Source: Deinococcales bacterium
GTDB lineage: Bacteria; Deinococcota; Deinococci; Deinococcales; JAAFIG01
DNA: 64,000 nt
Direction of reading: 5' to 3'
NCBI GenBank assembly: GCA_043778225.1
Contig: JAYWGM010000101.1
Coordinates: forward strand, 74,760 to 138,759
The notes under the pieces are model-generated. The model saw only the letters and a list, made by a program, of their open reading frames with translations, was not told the origin of the DNA and made no database searches. How positions within the stretch are numbered: the stretch's first letter is position 1; each line of letters opens with the position of its first letter. Below are positions 9,773-21,156 of this stretch, piece after piece. Made by a program: the position numbers and the translations under genes.

Positions 9773-11020
9773 ATGGCATTAACCGCATCAAAAACCCAAG
9801 ACATCATTCGCACCGAAACCCAATACGATTCTGGTGTCTACAACAAACATAGCATTGTTCTCGAGCGCGGCTTAGGCGCAAAAGTCTGGGATACCGACGG
9901 ACGCGAGTACATTGATTGCGTGGTCGGAATTAGTGTGGCGAACCTTGGTCATAGCCACCCCGAAATTGTCAAAGCAATTCAAGAACAAGCGGCGAAACTG
10001 ATGGTCTGCCCACAGACCTACCCAAACGACCAACGTTCTGAGTTTTACGCCGAACTGGTCAGCATTTTGCCCAGCAACCTCACCAGAATTTTCCCGTGTA
10101 ACAGTGGCGCAGAGGCGATGGAAGCTGCCCTAAAGTTTGCTCGAGTTGCCACAGGGCGCGAGAAATTTGTTGCCATGAAACGTGGTTTTTCGGGGCGCAC
10201 GATGGGCGCTTTAAGCCTGACCTACGAACCCAAGTACCGCGAGCCATTTGGTGGCTTGGTTCACGAGACCAGCTTTGTGGCATTTAACGACCTCGAGCAA
10301 CTCGAAGCTGCGATAGACGACCAGACAGCCGCCGTGATTATCGAGCCAGTCCAAGGCGAAGGCGGAGTTCGCCCAGCCACCCCAGAATTTTTGCGTTTGG
10401 CTCGAGCCTTGACCAAAAAGCACGGCGCACTGTTGGTCTTTGACGAGATTCAATCTGGTTTTTGCCGCACCGGTAAATGGTGGGGGCATCAACACGCTTG
10501 CGAACCCGACTGCAACGGCACGTGTGCTTTAAGTAGTGGTTGTGTGGTGCAACCCGACATCATGACCCTTGCTAAAGCCATCGGCAGTGGTATTCCGCTT
10601 GGCGCAATGACCATGACTGCCGAAGTCGCCGACAAAATGCCCAAAGGCGGACATGGCACAACTTTTGGCGGTAATCCACTCGCCATGGCGGCTGGAATTG
10701 CCACGATTAAATACATGAAAAAGCACGACATGGCAGCCCAGTGTAGCGAATTAGGCGCATACTTTGTTGAAAAATTGCAAGCCATTCAAAGTAAAAAAAT
10801 TAAAGAAATCCGCGCTAAAGGCTTACTGATTGGGGTAGAACTTAAAGAACACAGTGCGCCGTATCTCGAGGCACTCGAGCGCGATCATGCCATTTTGGCA
10901 TACAGTGCCACGCCTACTGTAATGCGTTTTTTGCCGCCCTTGGTGATTACCAAAGCCGAAATAGACCAAGTGGTGGCGGCGACCGCACGGGTGCTGCAAG
11001 AAGTCAATCCAAAGGGCTAA
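9773..11020 (+). CDS. lysJ: [LysW]-aminoadipate semialdehyde / acetylornithine aminotransferase
   Basis: Class III PLP aminotransferase motifs ([38 protein letters not shown]); near lysK; GGAGG ribosome-binding site. Confidence 0.85.
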   Translation: MALTASKTQDIIRTETQYDSGVYNKHSIVLERGLGAKVWDTDGREYIDCVVGISVANLGHSHPEIVKAIQEQAAKLMVCPQTYPNDQRSEFYAELVSILPSNLTRIFPCNSGAEAMEAALKFARVATGREKFVAMKRGFSGRTMGALSLTYEPKYREPFGGLVHETSFVAFNDLEQLEAAIDDQTAAVIIEPVQGEGGVRPATPEFLRLARALTKKHGALLVFDEIQSGFCRTGKWWGHQHACEPDCNGTCALSSGCVVQPDIMTLAKAIGSGIPLGAMTMTAEVADKMPKGGHGTTFGGNPLAMAAGIATIKYMKKHDMAAQCSELGAYFVEKLQAIQSKKIKEIRAKGLLIGVELKEHSAPYLEALERDHAILAYSATPTVMRFLPPLVITKAEIDQVVAATARVLQEVNPKG

Positions 11021-11066
11021 ACTCGAGGTCACGACAATCATTAACAAGTGTTAGTATGGCGCTGCA

Positions 11067-11984
11067 ATGCTTAGGCAAACACTTCAAGAACAATTCACCC
11101 GCCTGATTTGGTGGGTGATGTTTGTTGGCGTTGGGGTCAGCACTTTTTCTTATGGGGTGCTTAAACCAGAGAAAAATTTTTACGAGAGTGGTTTACTGCG
11201 TGTTTTGCTGGTGCTGGTTTTGGTCTGTATTTGCCGCTTGGCATTCTGGCATAAACCGTTGTTTGGGGCGGGTTTATTTTTACTTCTGGTCAATTTATCC
11301 ACGCCTTTTTTAATCAACGGCGGTGTTTTTGATAATCCTTTTTCGGTGCTCTCTATCTCGAGTTTACCGACGCTATTTTTAAGTATTGTATGGGGTTGGC
11401 GCGGTGGATTGCTGGCACTGATGGCATTACTGTCGGTACTTTTTACCAAATCCAGCAGCGACCTCGAGACAGTTGTGCTTGGCTGGGTGATCATTATCGC
11501 CACGGCTTTTTCGGGCAGCCTGATTCACCATCTGATGACCAATGTAGACCAAACCCGCACTCGGCTCGAGCAGATGGCAATGAGCGACCCACTGACCAAA
11601 CTGGGCAACCGTTTTGCCCTCGAAGCCGATTTTACCAAACTGCTGGGCTTAGGTTACTTATGTATGTGGGATGTCAACGGCTTAAAACGGGTCAATGACG
11701 AAAAAGGGCATCATGCTGGCGATGCCTATTTGCTGGCATTTGTCAAAGCCTATCAAAGCCAATGCCCAGACCGCTTATACCGAGTTGGTGGCGACGAATT
11801 TGTTAGTTTTCATAGCGACACAACCGATGTTGCCGAAGTGTACGCCAAGGTTCGCCATAAATTTAGCGATGTTTCGGCGGGTTGGGCAGCCTTGCAAAAC
11901 CGAGACTTGGATGCGGTGCTGCGCCAAGCTGACCGCACAATGTACCTCGAGAAAGGTAAACGCATTGCCAGTACCTTTGTGTAA
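11067..11984 (+). CDS. Membrane-bound diguanylate cyclase
   Basis: N-terminal transmembrane helices; DPLTKLGNR, DVNGLKRVND..GH..GD, RVGGDEF. Confidence 0.9.
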   Translation: MLRQTLQEQFTRLIWWVMFVGVGVSTFSYGVLKPEKNFYESGLLRVLLVLVLVCICRLAFWHKPLFGAGLFLLLVNLSTPFLINGGVFDNPFSVLSISSLPTLFLSIVWGWRGGLLALMALLSVLFTKSSSDLETVVLGWVIIIATAFSGSLIHHLMTNVDQTRTRLEQMAMSDPLTKLGNRFALEADFTKLLGLGYLCMWDVNGLKRVNDEKGHHAGDAYLLAFVKAYQSQCPDRLYRVGGDEFVSFHSDTTDVAEVYAKVRHKFSDVSAGWAALQNRDLDAVLRQADRTMYLEKGKRIASTFV

Positions 11985-12022
11985 GTGTTACCAGTATCCG
12001 TGGGTAAGGTAAACTAAAACCC

Positions 12023-13126
12023 GTGACCGATTTCTACTCGAGCCAAGACCAAGAATTTATTGCCCTGTTGCGCGAAGCGGTGCAGATTCAGAGCCACAGC
12101 ACCCAAGAAGCCGATGTCTGCCGTTTTCTGGTGCGCTGGATGCACAAACGCGGCTTTCGTGCCGAAATGGACGGGGCGGGCAATGCAGTAGGCGCACGTG
12201 GCACTGGCACAAAAGAAGTTGTCTTGTTGGGGCATATTGACACCGTACCGGGCGATATTGAAGTGCGAATCGAAAACAACCAAGCAGGCAAGCTCGAGTT
12301 GTGGGGGCGTGGCAGTGTCGATGCCAAAGGACCATTTTGTACCTTTGTGGCTGCCGTGAGTTTGTTGTCTCCAGCCGCACTCGAGAAAGCCAAGTTTATT
12401 TGTGTGGGCGCGGTCGAAGAAGAAGCCCCTTCCTCTAAAGGCGCACACCATGCGATTAGTAAATACACTCCAGCCTACTGCATTATTGGCGAACCAAGTG
12501 GCTTTGATACGGTCACGCTTGGCTACAAAGGCAGGCTGATTATCCGCGCTCGGCTCGAGAAAGACAATTTCCATAGTGCTGGCGCGGACAGCACCGCTCC
12601 CGAGGAGATGCTGCGTTTTTTTCAGGCACTCGAGACATGGGCAGCCGTTTTTAATCAAGACCAACGGCTTTTTGACAGCGTGCAAGTGGCGCTGCAAGCC
12701 ATCTCGAGCAGCAACGATGGTTTGCGCCAAGGCTGCGAAGCAACGATTGGTTTTCGTTTGCCACCGCGTTTAAGCCCCGACGAGGCAATGCGCCAACTTG
12801 AAGCGGTGCGGCTTGGGCAAAATGTACAAGGACTCAGAATCAGTTACACTGGGCGCGAAGAACCATACCGAGGTGCAAAAGATACCCCTTTAACCCGAGC
12901 TTTTCGGGTGGCGATGCGTGCCAGAGGTATTACCCCACAACTGACCTTAAAGACTGGCACTGCCGATATGAATGTGGTTGCACCACTTTGGGATTGTCCA
13001 ATTCTGGCTTATGGACCCGGCGACAGCACCCTCGACCACACCCCAACCGAGCGGCTCGAGATAGACGAATACCTGACGGCTATTTTGGTATTGCGCGATG
13101 CTCTGGAGCGGCTGGTTGCAAATTGA
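12023..13126 (+). CDS. lysK: [LysW]-lysine hydrolase (M20 family)
   Basis: [49 protein letters not shown]. Confidence 0.9.
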   Translation: MTDFYSSQDQEFIALLREAVQIQSHSTQEADVCRFLVRWMHKRGFRAEMDGAGNAVGARGTGTKEVVLLGHIDTVPGDIEVRIENNQAGKLELWGRGSVDAKGPFCTFVAAVSLLSPAALEKAKFICVGAVEEEAPSSKGAHHAISKYTPAYCIIGEPSGFDTVTLGYKGRLIIRARLEKDNFHSAGADSTAPEEMLRFFQALETWAAVFNQDQRLFDSVQVALQAISSSNDGLRQGCEATIGFRLPPRLSPDEAMRQLEAVRLGQNVQGLRISYTGREEPYRGAKDTPLTRAFRVAMRARGITPQLTLKTGTADMNVVAPLWDCPILAYGPGDSTLDHTPTERLEIDEYLTAILVLRDALERLVAN

Positions 13127-16100
13127 GGTTTTGACTGCGTGGTAAAAATACCGATTCGATGTGGGTATACGAAAGGCTTGCCAGGCTGTAACTCGCCAGC
13201 CATACAAAAGCACAAATGGCTGCCCAATGCCAAGGGTCTTGGATGCCACCATATCTGAAATCAGAGTTGTGCAGTAAGCGCACCAACTCGAGAATCAGGT
13301 AATGCCAAATATAAATCCCAAAGGATAATTTGGCGGTATAGCGACTGAATGGATTATCAAGAATTTTTGGCAAGCGTACCGAAAAAGCAGCGCTAAATAA
13401 AAGCAGCCCAATTAAACTTGGGAAGATCGGAAAAGCATACGGCTGGCTTCCAAGACTCCAAGCAAATTCTGGGCTATAGCGGGTTGCCCAGACCCATGCA
13501 GCAATCAAAACCATGCTGGCGATTGCCAGATAATCGAAGGTTCTCGAGCGCGGTCGCTGCTGACGTAAACAGATTGCCCCAGCACACAGCACCCCGATAA
13601 TATAGTGCGAAAACCAGCCAAGCGGGTTGTAATTGGGCATCCAGAATTTAGCGCCACCAATTAAGCCATATTGCCAGCCACGTTGGTCATTGTCTGGGAC
13701 AAGATGATTGAGAATCCAAAAATGCGCCAGAAGCGTCAACAGTAAAACCGCAATCCAGTAGGCAAAGGCAAGGGTTGGGCTGCTGTTGGCGGCTTTGGTC
13801 TGAAAAGTTTTGCGAATTGTTTTGGTGGTGACAATTTGTGTATCGCCTCTGGTGATGGTGCGCTTATGGGTGATTTGCCAAATTGGGCGGACTCGAGCAA
13901 TCGCAAACAAGCCAAGCATAAAAAGTGGCATCAGGGCATAGCAAACCACTTCAAAACCAATGCTCCAAAGTGGACCATTTAATTCGGTTGGAAAAAAAGT
14001 CACGTAGTGAAAAGCACTGCTAAAAGTCAAACCAGAGACCAAACGCAACCACATTTGTTCGCCAGGCTCGAGGCTGCGGGCAACCAAAAAGCTGACAATC
14101 AGGGCGACATAAAACCCAGGGGCAATCCTTAAAAAACGGCGTTTGGCATACTCGAGTAGGCTTGGTGCAGCTTGAGCCGTATAATAGCGTTTCCAAAAAG
14201 GCAAAGACAAAAGCATTCCAGACAGCACAAAAAAAGCACTGACCCCATAGCCACCAGCCATTAAAAATTGCTTAATCTCGAGTAACCATTTGGGAATGTT
14301 CTCGGGGCTTAAACGCTGCCCCAAATGACTCCAGACCACCGCTAGGCAAGCCACAGTTCGCACAAAATCTGCGCCATCCAAAAGACGGGCGCTACCAGAC
14401 TCGAGTATTGTTGTTTTGAAATCAAACAGTTTTCGTTCGGCAACCAAACCAAAACCTCGAGCCAGTTGCGGTGCGAAAAACAATAAAATCAGAATGCTCG
14501 GGAGGGTGCTGATGGCACTGGCAAGTAAAAAACCTTGGCTGTTACTCAAAAATCCCAGCACTTGGGGAATGACTCGGGTCATTTCGCTCCGCAGCATTAA
14601 GGTTGCCACATCGAGTTGATTCCAAGTGCTGATAAAAGTCAGGACAGCAATCGTTATTAAGACTGGAGTCATTAAAGGAACGGCAATTCGGGTGTAAATG
14701 GTTTGGTTGCTTGCGCCGTCCACCCGCGCTGCTTCGATTAGGGATTTTGGAATGGCGTGTAAGCAAAATTGGCGCACCAGAAAAACACCAATCGCACTGT
14801 ATGAAGCTGGCAACCAAATGGTTCTGGGGGTGTCGATCCAATCCAAAAGCCGCATTTGCATCAGGTGCGGAATGGCGCTGGACAAAGCTGGAAAGACCAT
14901 GGCAATCAAAACCACCAAAAACAATTGACGTTTATAGGGAAACTCGAGCGCCGCAAAAGCAAATCCTGCCAAGCTGCTGGTCAGCACCGCCCCAAAGGCA
15001 GCGAGGCTCGAGATATAGAGGCTGTTCCAGAGGTTGCGCCAAAACATCGGCATATCGCGTTGTAATGCCTCGTAATTACTGCCTAAGTCTTGCCCAAAAG
15101 CTAAACTCAGCCCTGAATTATTCTGGCTCGAGCCAAATAAACTGTTCAAAAAATCGCGCCAGAAGCCAACGCCATCGCGCATGGCTGCCAAGTCAAGATT
15201 AAAATTGCGGCTGGATGGCAACTCAAAACTCGAGCCATTTTGGGTGGTCTGAAAAAAAAGCGCAATCAGTGGGAAAACACTGAGCAACACAACAAAGACC
15301 ATGAATAGTTTAATCAAAATAACATTGATGCGCGGCAAATTGAGCGGAGCATGGTCAGACTCGAGGCTGGCAGGGCTTTCTAAGCCAGTAAAGTTGCGCC
15401 CAAAAGCAAAATACGCCATGCCGACCAACAGCATCAGCACCAATAAAAATACCCATGTCTGGGCGGCTGCCATCGAAAAATTGGTGTAATGAAAAGCAGT
15501 CCCAAAAATAAACCCAGGCAGTTTTGCACTTTCAAAATTTGAGTAATCTGCCCGCCAAGCATTGGCTTGTAGGCGTTGGACAATGCTGATACTGACCGCC
15601 ACAAAAATCATCGGTCGCATCAAAGGAAAAGCGAGGCTGCCAAGTTGCCGCCAAAAACCTGCTCCATCCAATTGGGCTGCCTCGAGCATACTGCGTGGCA
15701 CACTGGACAACGCCATCAGGTAAAGCAAAATATTCCAGCCAAAACCAATCCAGATTGCCGAAAAAATCTGCAAACCCGAAGCTGGTATTTGCAAACCGAC
15801 CAGACCAAGCAAGTCGTTTAAGGGATTACTAAACAACAAAAAAAAGAAACTCAGCCCACTCGAGACCGCCACTGGGGCGACCAGCATCGGCACAAGCAGC
15901 AAACCACCCAGCGAAGCCAACGCTCGGCGCAAAACCAAATGGATTGCAAACGCCGCAGGAATGGCAATGGCGTGCTGTAAAACCAAAGCTGGTAAAGCCT
16001 CGAGTAAAGAGCGCAGCAACGCCAACCAAAAAGCTGGGTCGGTAAAAACAAAGCCATAAAAACGCAAGCCACGAAAGTAAAATTCGCCTGTGCCTTGAAT

Positions 16101-16256
16101 TGGATCCCACAAAAAAACCGAAATAAAGAAGGTAAACAGCAAACTAAAAATTCCAAAACCAATAAAAAGCACAAAAAAAGGCAGCACAAAAAAAGTACCG
16201 CTCGAGATTTTCGCTCGAGCCAAGGGTTTTGTAGCCGTGGGCAGGGTTTGAATCAT
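13080..16256 (-). CDS. Fusion of two carbohydrate ABC permease domains and an acyltransferase-3 (OafA-like) domain
   Basis: Two EAA loops ([18 protein letters not shown]), then [57 protein letters not shown]; one uninterrupted 1058-aa ORF. Confidence 0.85.
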   Translation of the reverse strand: MIQTLPTATKPLARAKISSGTFFVLPFFVLFIGFGIFSLLFTFFISVFLWDPIQGTGEFYFRGLRFYGFVFTDPAFWLALLRSLLEALPALVLQHAIAIPAAFAIHLVLRRALASLGGLLLVPMLVAPVAVSSGLSFFFLLFSNPLNDLLGLVGLQIPASGLQIFSAIWIGFGWNILLYLMALSSVPRSMLEAAQLDGAGFWRQLGSLAFPLMRPMIFVAVSISIVQRLQANAWRADYSNFESAKLPGFIFGTAFHYTNFSMAAAQTWVFLLVLMLLVGMAYFAFGRNFTGLESPASLESDHAPLNLPRINVILIKLFMVFVVLLSVFPLIALFFQTTQNGSSFELPSSRNFNLDLAAMRDGVGFWRDFLNSLFGSSQNNSGLSLAFGQDLGSNYEALQRDMPMFWRNLWNSLYISSLAAFGAVLTSSLAGFAFAALEFPYKRQLFLVVLIAMVFPALSSAIPHLMQMRLLDWIDTPRTIWLPASYSAIGVFLVRQFCLHAIPKSLIEAARVDGASNQTIYTRIAVPLMTPVLITIAVLTFISTWNQLDVATLMLRSEMTRVIPQVLGFLSNSQGFLLASAISTLPSILILLFFAPQLARGFGLVAERKLFDFKTTILESGSARLLDGADFVRTVACLAVVWSHLGQRLSPENIPKWLLEIKQFLMAGGYGVSAFFVLSGMLLSLPFWKRYYTAQAAPSLLEYAKRRFLRIAPGFYVALIVSFLVARSLEPGEQMWLRLVSGLTFSSAFHYVTFFPTELNGPLWSIGFEVVCYALMPLFMLGLFAIARVRPIWQITHKRTITRGDTQIVTTKTIRKTFQTKAANSSPTLAFAYWIAVLLLTLLAHFWILNHLVPDNDQRGWQYGLIGGAKFWMPNYNPLGWFSHYIIGVLCAGAICLRQQRPRSRTFDYLAIASMVLIAAWVWATRYSPEFAWSLGSQPYAFPIFPSLIGLLLFSAAFSVRLPKILDNPFSRYTAKLSFGIYIWHYLILELVRLLHNSDFRYGGIQDPWHWAAICAFVWLASYSLASLSYTHIESVFLPRSQNLNLQPAAPEHRAIPK

Positions 16257-17227
16257 GGTTGTAGGATTTTGGCAAAAAACGTGAGTTTCTCGAGTCCCTG
16301 AATACTTTGCCCACCTTCGTGATTGTTGTACGGATAGACCCGAATTTCTTTTTGCCCTGCATGGTGGTTATAGGCGGCGTAAACCGTACTTGGTGGGCAG
16401 ATGTCGTCCATCAGTCCAACGCTGTAGAGGGCGGGTATGTTGGTGCGCTTGGCAAAATTAATTCCATCAAAATAACTCAGGGTGGTAAAAACTTGCTCGA
16501 GTTGGTCGCGGTGAATTTTTAAGTAGGCACTGATTTCACCGTAAGGATGAGTCGCCACGATTTCGGTTGCCCGACGGTAATGGCATAAAAACGGCACATC
16601 TGGAGCAAGTGCTTGGACTGACTCGAGCGCCGCCGCCGCAATCGCCATACCACCGCCTTGACTGCCGCCAGTCACGGCAATGCGGCTTGGGTCAATCATG
16701 CTTAAATGCTTGGCAGTTTCGATGGCTCGCACCGCATCGGCAAAAACCCGACGGTAATAATAGGTGCTTTGGTGGGTGATGCCCTTGGTCATAAAGCCGG
16801 GATAATGCCCGTTCTGGGAGGCAACGTCTTCAAGGTCTGGGGTGTCGCCAGAACTCCAATTGCTGCCTTGTCCTCGAGTGTCCATAAACAGGTGGGCATA
16901 GCCAGCACTGGCAAAAAACAGCAAATCGTGGGCTTGGTTACGCCCGCCGCCATAGCCATTAAATTCAACAATGCAGGGTATTTTTTCGGGTCGGTGACGT
17001 GGCAAACTGAGCCAGGCTTTAATCGGTTGCCCGTTGTATCCCGAAAAAGTCAGGTCGTAACTTTCGATTGTCTGCATTGGGGTGGCATAAGGTAGGCATT
17101 GGATTTTTAGATCGTGGGATCGAGTTTCTAAAAGCGTGTTTTCCCAAAAAGCGTCAAAATCGCTTGGCTCGAGAACATCAGGGCGATACTGCTCGAGTTG
17201 GCTCAGGGGTAAGTCAAATAATGGCAT
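16253..17227 (-). CDS. Acetyl xylan esterase / cephalosporin-C deacetylase (CE7)
   Basis: RGQ, GGSQGGG, DDICPPST and HEGG motifs. Confidence 0.92.
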   Translation of the reverse strand: MPLFDLPLSQLEQYRPDVLEPSDFDAFWENTLLETRSHDLKIQCLPYATPMQTIESYDLTFSGYNGQPIKAWLSLPRHRPEKIPCIVEFNGYGGGRNQAHDLLFFASAGYAHLFMDTRGQGSNWSSGDTPDLEDVASQNGHYPGFMTKGITHQSTYYYRRVFADAVRAIETAKHLSMIDPSRIAVTGGSQGGGMAIAAAALESVQALAPDVPFLCHYRRATEIVATHPYGEISAYLKIHRDQLEQVFTTLSYFDGINFAKRTNIPALYSVGLMDDICPPSTVYAAYNHHAGQKEIRVYPYNNHEGGQSIQGLEKLTFFAKILQP

Positions 17228-17258
17228 GATTGGTCATCTCCTGTAGGCAGTGTAGCCG

Positions 17259-19742
17259 TTAATCATCGGCTGCCACCAGTCTAGGACTCAGGTCAACGGT
17301 GTGTTGACCGCCCAGCCAACGAAGCTCGAGTAAATCCACAATACTTGGGAACTCGAGTATCTGCGGGTCGTTGGGCATTAAATCGAGCATATTGTCAGAA
17401 ATCTGGTCAGTCTCGAGCCAGACGGCTTTGACGGGCTTATCGGTACTGATTTTTAGGCGATGTTGGTCAAGGCGTTCAATTGAAATTTTGGCATTGGGAA
17501 ATTGAAATTTAACATAAGGTTCTGGGAAAAAACTGTCTCGAGCAATCACTTTATTATTTTGCAGTAGGCGCACTTGAATAATTTGTGGCTCGAGCATAGG
17601 CGCTACCGTCCCCAACTCGGTGCTGGCATTGGCTGGCAGTTGCACAGGGCGGCTGGTGGTTTCTATGGCTTGACCTTGCAAATCAAAAACACGAATCTCT
17701 AAGGTGGCTTGGCAACCCAATAAACTGGTGTTACTGCCCCAAATTGCTCCATCTGACCAGAGGTTAATGGTAATCGCTTCTAAGGCGCGTTTGACCGTGT
17801 AATAGGCTGGTTTACAGCGCTGGCTCGAGTCTATAATTGCCCAACTGCTGACTTGCCAGCAATCGTTGAGTTGCCAAACCAATGCCCCACCACAGGCTCG
17901 AGTCCCCACATTTCCCCAAGCCCGCCGCCAAATTCGGTAGGCTGCATTTAAGGCTTCGGACTGCACAATTTGGGTTGCAAAGACAAAATCTTCTAACTTG
18001 TCCAGGTCAGAACGGATGTCGGAGGCGTATTTCTCGAGCCGCATCATCCCTTCTCCAGCCTTGATGTGGTGCAAAAAACTTGGACTGTGGGGTTGCCACG
18101 CCTCTTTGGGAATGACTTCGCGCAGGGTCTCAAGTCGGGGGGCTGCACCCATGCCAAACTCGGAGATAAAACGTCCGCCCAGACGTGCATATTCGCGGTA
18201 TGGCGCGGCATCCCGTCCCCAGACTTCCCAGGTGTGGCGGTCGCCAATTGTCTGGTCGTCGGGGTCTTGCCCAAAGTATGGACTGCCAGCTTGATAATAG
18301 ACATCTGGGCAAAACTCGAGCAGCGCTTTTGGTAAAATTTGTTCGTAAATTACTCGAGCGCCAAAGCCAGAATTGGCATCGGGGGCTGCCGCCATATTGT
18401 ATAGCCCTAAGCCGTTGGCAAGTGGATAATCCTCGTTGTTGCCTGTCCAAATAATGATGCTCGGATGACTCCGCAAGCGCTTAACTTGATAAACCGCTTC
18501 TTCTTGGACACTTTCGAGAAAAGCTGGATGGGACGGATAAATCCCGCAGCCAAACATAAAATCTTGCCAGACCAAAATACCCATTTGGTCGCAGAGGTCA
18601 TAAAAAACTTTGTTTTCGTAAATCCCACCGCCCCAAATTCGCAGCATCGTCATGTTGGCATTTTTGGTGGCTTCGATTCGTGCCTTGTAACGTTCACCCG
18701 TGACTCGAGCCAACATCAGATCGTCGGGAATCCAATTTGCACCATTGGTAAACATTGCTATGCCATTGATTTCAAAATAAAAACTTGTCCCGACTTGGTT
18801 TTCAATCGCTTCTTTGACGACCCGAACCTGACGAATCCCAAAAGTCTGTTCTTGGCTGTCTAAACATATCCCAGCCTGCTCGAGTGAAACCCGCAAGCGG
18901 TACAAAGGTTGCGTGCCAAGCGTATGTGGATACCAAAGTTCGGGTTGTAAAATCCAAAAGCGGTGTTTGAGCTTGCTACCAGCCGCCATGATGTGCTGCT
19001 CGAGCGCAATTCCATTGGGGTCGCAGAGGGTCAGCACCACTCTGGCTTCTTGGTACTGCCCGTGTAATTGCAAGTCAATGTCTATGGTACTTGTTTCGAG
19101 TGTTGCTTCGAGCTTAGGCTGAATATGGACTTCGGCAATTCGGGCATTGTACTGCTCGAGCCGAATTTCTTGCCAAATACCACTGTCCACCAATTTTGGA
19201 CCCCAATCCCAAGAGTAGTGGTATTGGGCTTTACGCACGTGTAAGCGGCTTGGGTCGCCATTCCAGAGTGGTCGTGCGCCGCCATGGGCTTGCATTCGCT
19301 TTAAGCCCTCGAACCAAGCGCTCTTAAAATGAATCTCGAGGCGGTTTTTGGCTTTGAGTTGCACCGTAATTCGCTGCCCCAAAAACATATTTTCTGACTC
19401 GAGAATTAAATCGCCATTGAGGTAAACATCGGCAAAAGTGTCCAAGCCATCAAAACACAATTGGTTCTGCAAAAAACCCAGTTCGGCACTAAACTCGAGG
19501 CAATACAACCAGTCGCGCTCAGACACCCACTGCACCAGATTTTCGTTTTGGTCAAAATATGGGTCGGGGATTAAGCCATGCTCGAGTAAATTCTGATAGG
19601 TACTGCTTGGAACTTGGCAACTCAGCCAGCCATTGGGGTTAGCAAAATCTTCGAGCATCGAATGGCTGTTTTGGCGTTCCCGAAATAACCAGCCACTTGT
19701 TAAGGGTTGCTTTTGCAGCAACTCGAGTTTTGATATGGGCAT
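17259..19742 (-). CDS. Beta-mannosidase (GH2)
   Basis: RKAQYHYSWDWGP, GANWIP, RIWGGG, WQDFMF, GNNE, RFISEFG, WQLNDCW. Confidence 0.92.
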   Translation of the reverse strand: MPISKLELLQKQPLTSGWLFRERQNSHSMLEDFANPNGWLSCQVPSSTYQNLLEHGLIPDPYFDQNENLVQWVSERDWLYCLEFSAELGFLQNQLCFDGLDTFADVYLNGDLILESENMFLGQRITVQLKAKNRLEIHFKSAWFEGLKRMQAHGGARPLWNGDPSRLHVRKAQYHYSWDWGPKLVDSGIWQEIRLEQYNARIAEVHIQPKLEATLETSTIDIDLQLHGQYQEARVVLTLCDPNGIALEQHIMAAGSKLKHRFWILQPELWYPHTLGTQPLYRLRVSLEQAGICLDSQEQTFGIRQVRVVKEAIENQVGTSFYFEINGIAMFTNGANWIPDDLMLARVTGERYKARIEATKNANMTMLRIWGGGIYENKVFYDLCDQMGILVWQDFMFGCGIYPSHPAFLESVQEEAVYQVKRLRSHPSIIIWTGNNEDYPLANGLGLYNMAAAPDANSGFGARVIYEQILPKALLEFCPDVYYQAGSPYFGQDPDDQTIGDRHTWEVWGRDAAPYREYARLGGRFISEFGMGAAPRLETLREVIPKEAWQPHSPSFLHHIKAGEGMMRLEKYASDIRSDLDKLEDFVFATQIVQSEALNAAYRIWRRAWGNVGTRACGGALVWQLNDCWQVSSWAIIDSSQRCKPAYYTVKRALEAITINLWSDGAIWGSNTSLLGCQATLEIRVFDLQGQAIETTSRPVQLPANASTELGTVAPMLEPQIIQVRLLQNNKVIARDSFFPEPYVKFQFPNAKISIERLDQHRLKISTDKPVKAVWLETDQISDNMLDLMPNDPQILEFPSIVDLLELRWLGGQHTVDLSPRLVAADD

Positions 19743-19750
19743 AAAAACCT

Positions 19751-19803
19751 CTTTGTTTAGTAAAATTTATCAATACGGTAACATCTCGAGTCTGTACTGT
19801 CAA
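19751..19803 (-). promoter_or_regulatory. Sigma70 promoter plus putative LacI operator of the leftward operon
   Basis: Minus strand TTGACA-17-TACCGT, then AATTTTACTAAACAAAG (19751-19767), identical to 21072-21088. Confidence 0.75.
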
Positions 19804-19942
19804 CGCAAGCATGGGCTGTTAAGGTATTTGATGCCGTCATAAACAGTCTAAAACGCCACAAAAAGGAATCTGGCGAACAAGCCTTGAGCTTGCTTTACAT
19901 TTGTATTTATCTAAAAAGTCTGCTAAGATTCGCCGCGTGACC

Positions 19943-20929
19943 ATGACCCTCAGCCGAAAAGTCACCATCCGTGAAGTTGCACAACACGCCAATGTCTCGA
20001 TCGGTACAGTCTCGAGAGCCTTAAAGAACCAAAACGGGCTTTCGGACGATACTCGAGAAGAGATTTTGCGGGCGGCTCAAACACTTGGTTATGACACCGG
20101 AAATCTGCGCCAGACGCGCATTAAACGGCTTGGCTTTTTCACTTGGCGAATGCCCGATTTACTGGTCAATCCTTTTTACTCGCCAGTCCTGCATGGGGTC
20201 GAAGATGCCTGTAGTGAACAAGAAATTGTGCTTTCCTATACGGCTTTTAGACCGAGCGATAAAGTCTTAGAAATCATTCGCCGCCACGAAGTAGATGCGC
20301 TTTTGTGTGTTTCGTATTTTCAACCTAAATTGCTCGAGAAAATTGCTTCGCTTGGGGTTCAAGTGCTGCTGGTCGATCATTTCCACCCAAGTTTAACCAG
20401 CGTCAATATTGACAACATCGGTGGTGCAAAAAAAGCCGTGCAGCATTTACTCGAGCTTGGCAGAAAACGCATTGCTTATGTCAATGGAATGAACCACCAT
20501 TCGATTGTCGAACGCGCCCGAGGCTTTCGCCAAGCCCTATTTGAAGCGGGAATGCCCGCCGACCCAAGTCTCGAGGTCAACACCGACCCACATTTTGATA
20601 TTGCCGAAGTCCAAAAAGCCACCGAGCAGCTATTGGCACTGGCTGTACCACCCGATGCGATTTTTGTCTTTAATGATAAATCTGCGCTGGTGGTACAACG
20701 GGTCTGTATTGAAGCAGGTTTTCGTGTGCCACAAGACATAGCAATTGTTGGCTTTGACGACATTGATGCGGCTTCACACGCTCGCCCAAGTTTAAGCACG
20801 GTTCGCGTCAGCAAAGAAGAATTGGGGCGCAGAGCCGTACAAATGCTGGTCAACCGCGAAGAAAACAGTTTGGTTGTTCCGGTTGAACTGATTGTGCGCG
20901 GTAGCAGTTTAGCTAAAAAACAAAAATAA
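19943..20929 (+). CDS. LacI-family transcriptional regulator
   Basis: TIREVAQHANVSIGTVSRAL HTH; DIAIVGFDD; LSTVR. Confidence 0.93.
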   Translation: MTLSRKVTIREVAQHANVSIGTVSRALKNQNGLSDDTREEILRAAQTLGYDTGNLRQTRIKRLGFFTWRMPDLLVNPFYSPVLHGVEDACSEQEIVLSYTAFRPSDKVLEIIRRHEVDALLCVSYFQPKLLEKIASLGVQVLLVDHFHPSLTSVNIDNIGGAKKAVQHLLELGRKRIAYVNGMNHHSIVERARGFRQALFEAGMPADPSLEVNTDPHFDIAEVQKATEQLLALAVPPDAIFVFNDKSALVVQRVCIEAGFRVPQDIAIVGFDDIDAASHARPSLSTVRVSKEELGRRAVQMLVNREENSLVVPVELIVRGSSLAKKQK

Positions 20930-20983
20930 TTGCGTTTTGTTTATCAAACACCTGCCTAAAAATAGTGGGTAAGCGTCTTATTT

Positions 20984-21018
20984 TATAGAAAAATGCTTTC
21001 TAAAAGCATTTTTCTATA
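20984..21018. other. Perfect 16-bp inverted repeat (terminator or binding site)
   Basis: TATAGAAAAATGCTTT-cta-AAAGCATTTTTCTATA. Confidence 0.6.
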
Positions 21019-21032
21019 CCTTTAAGACCCTC

Positions 21033-21088
21033 TTGACAGACGCAACAGACTGTATTACCATATGTCTGTTCAATTTTACTAAACAAAG
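21033..21088 (+). promoter_or_regulatory. Sigma70 promoter plus putative LacI operator of the ABC/GH operon
   Basis: TTGACA(21033)-17-TACCAT(21056), then AATTTTACTAAACAAAG. Confidence 0.75.
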
Positions 21089-21156
21089 TAGAACGCTTCG
21101 AGAAAAACTCGAGCGGCTGGCAACGTCCAGTTCTCGAGCGTTACAGAGGAGAGGTC

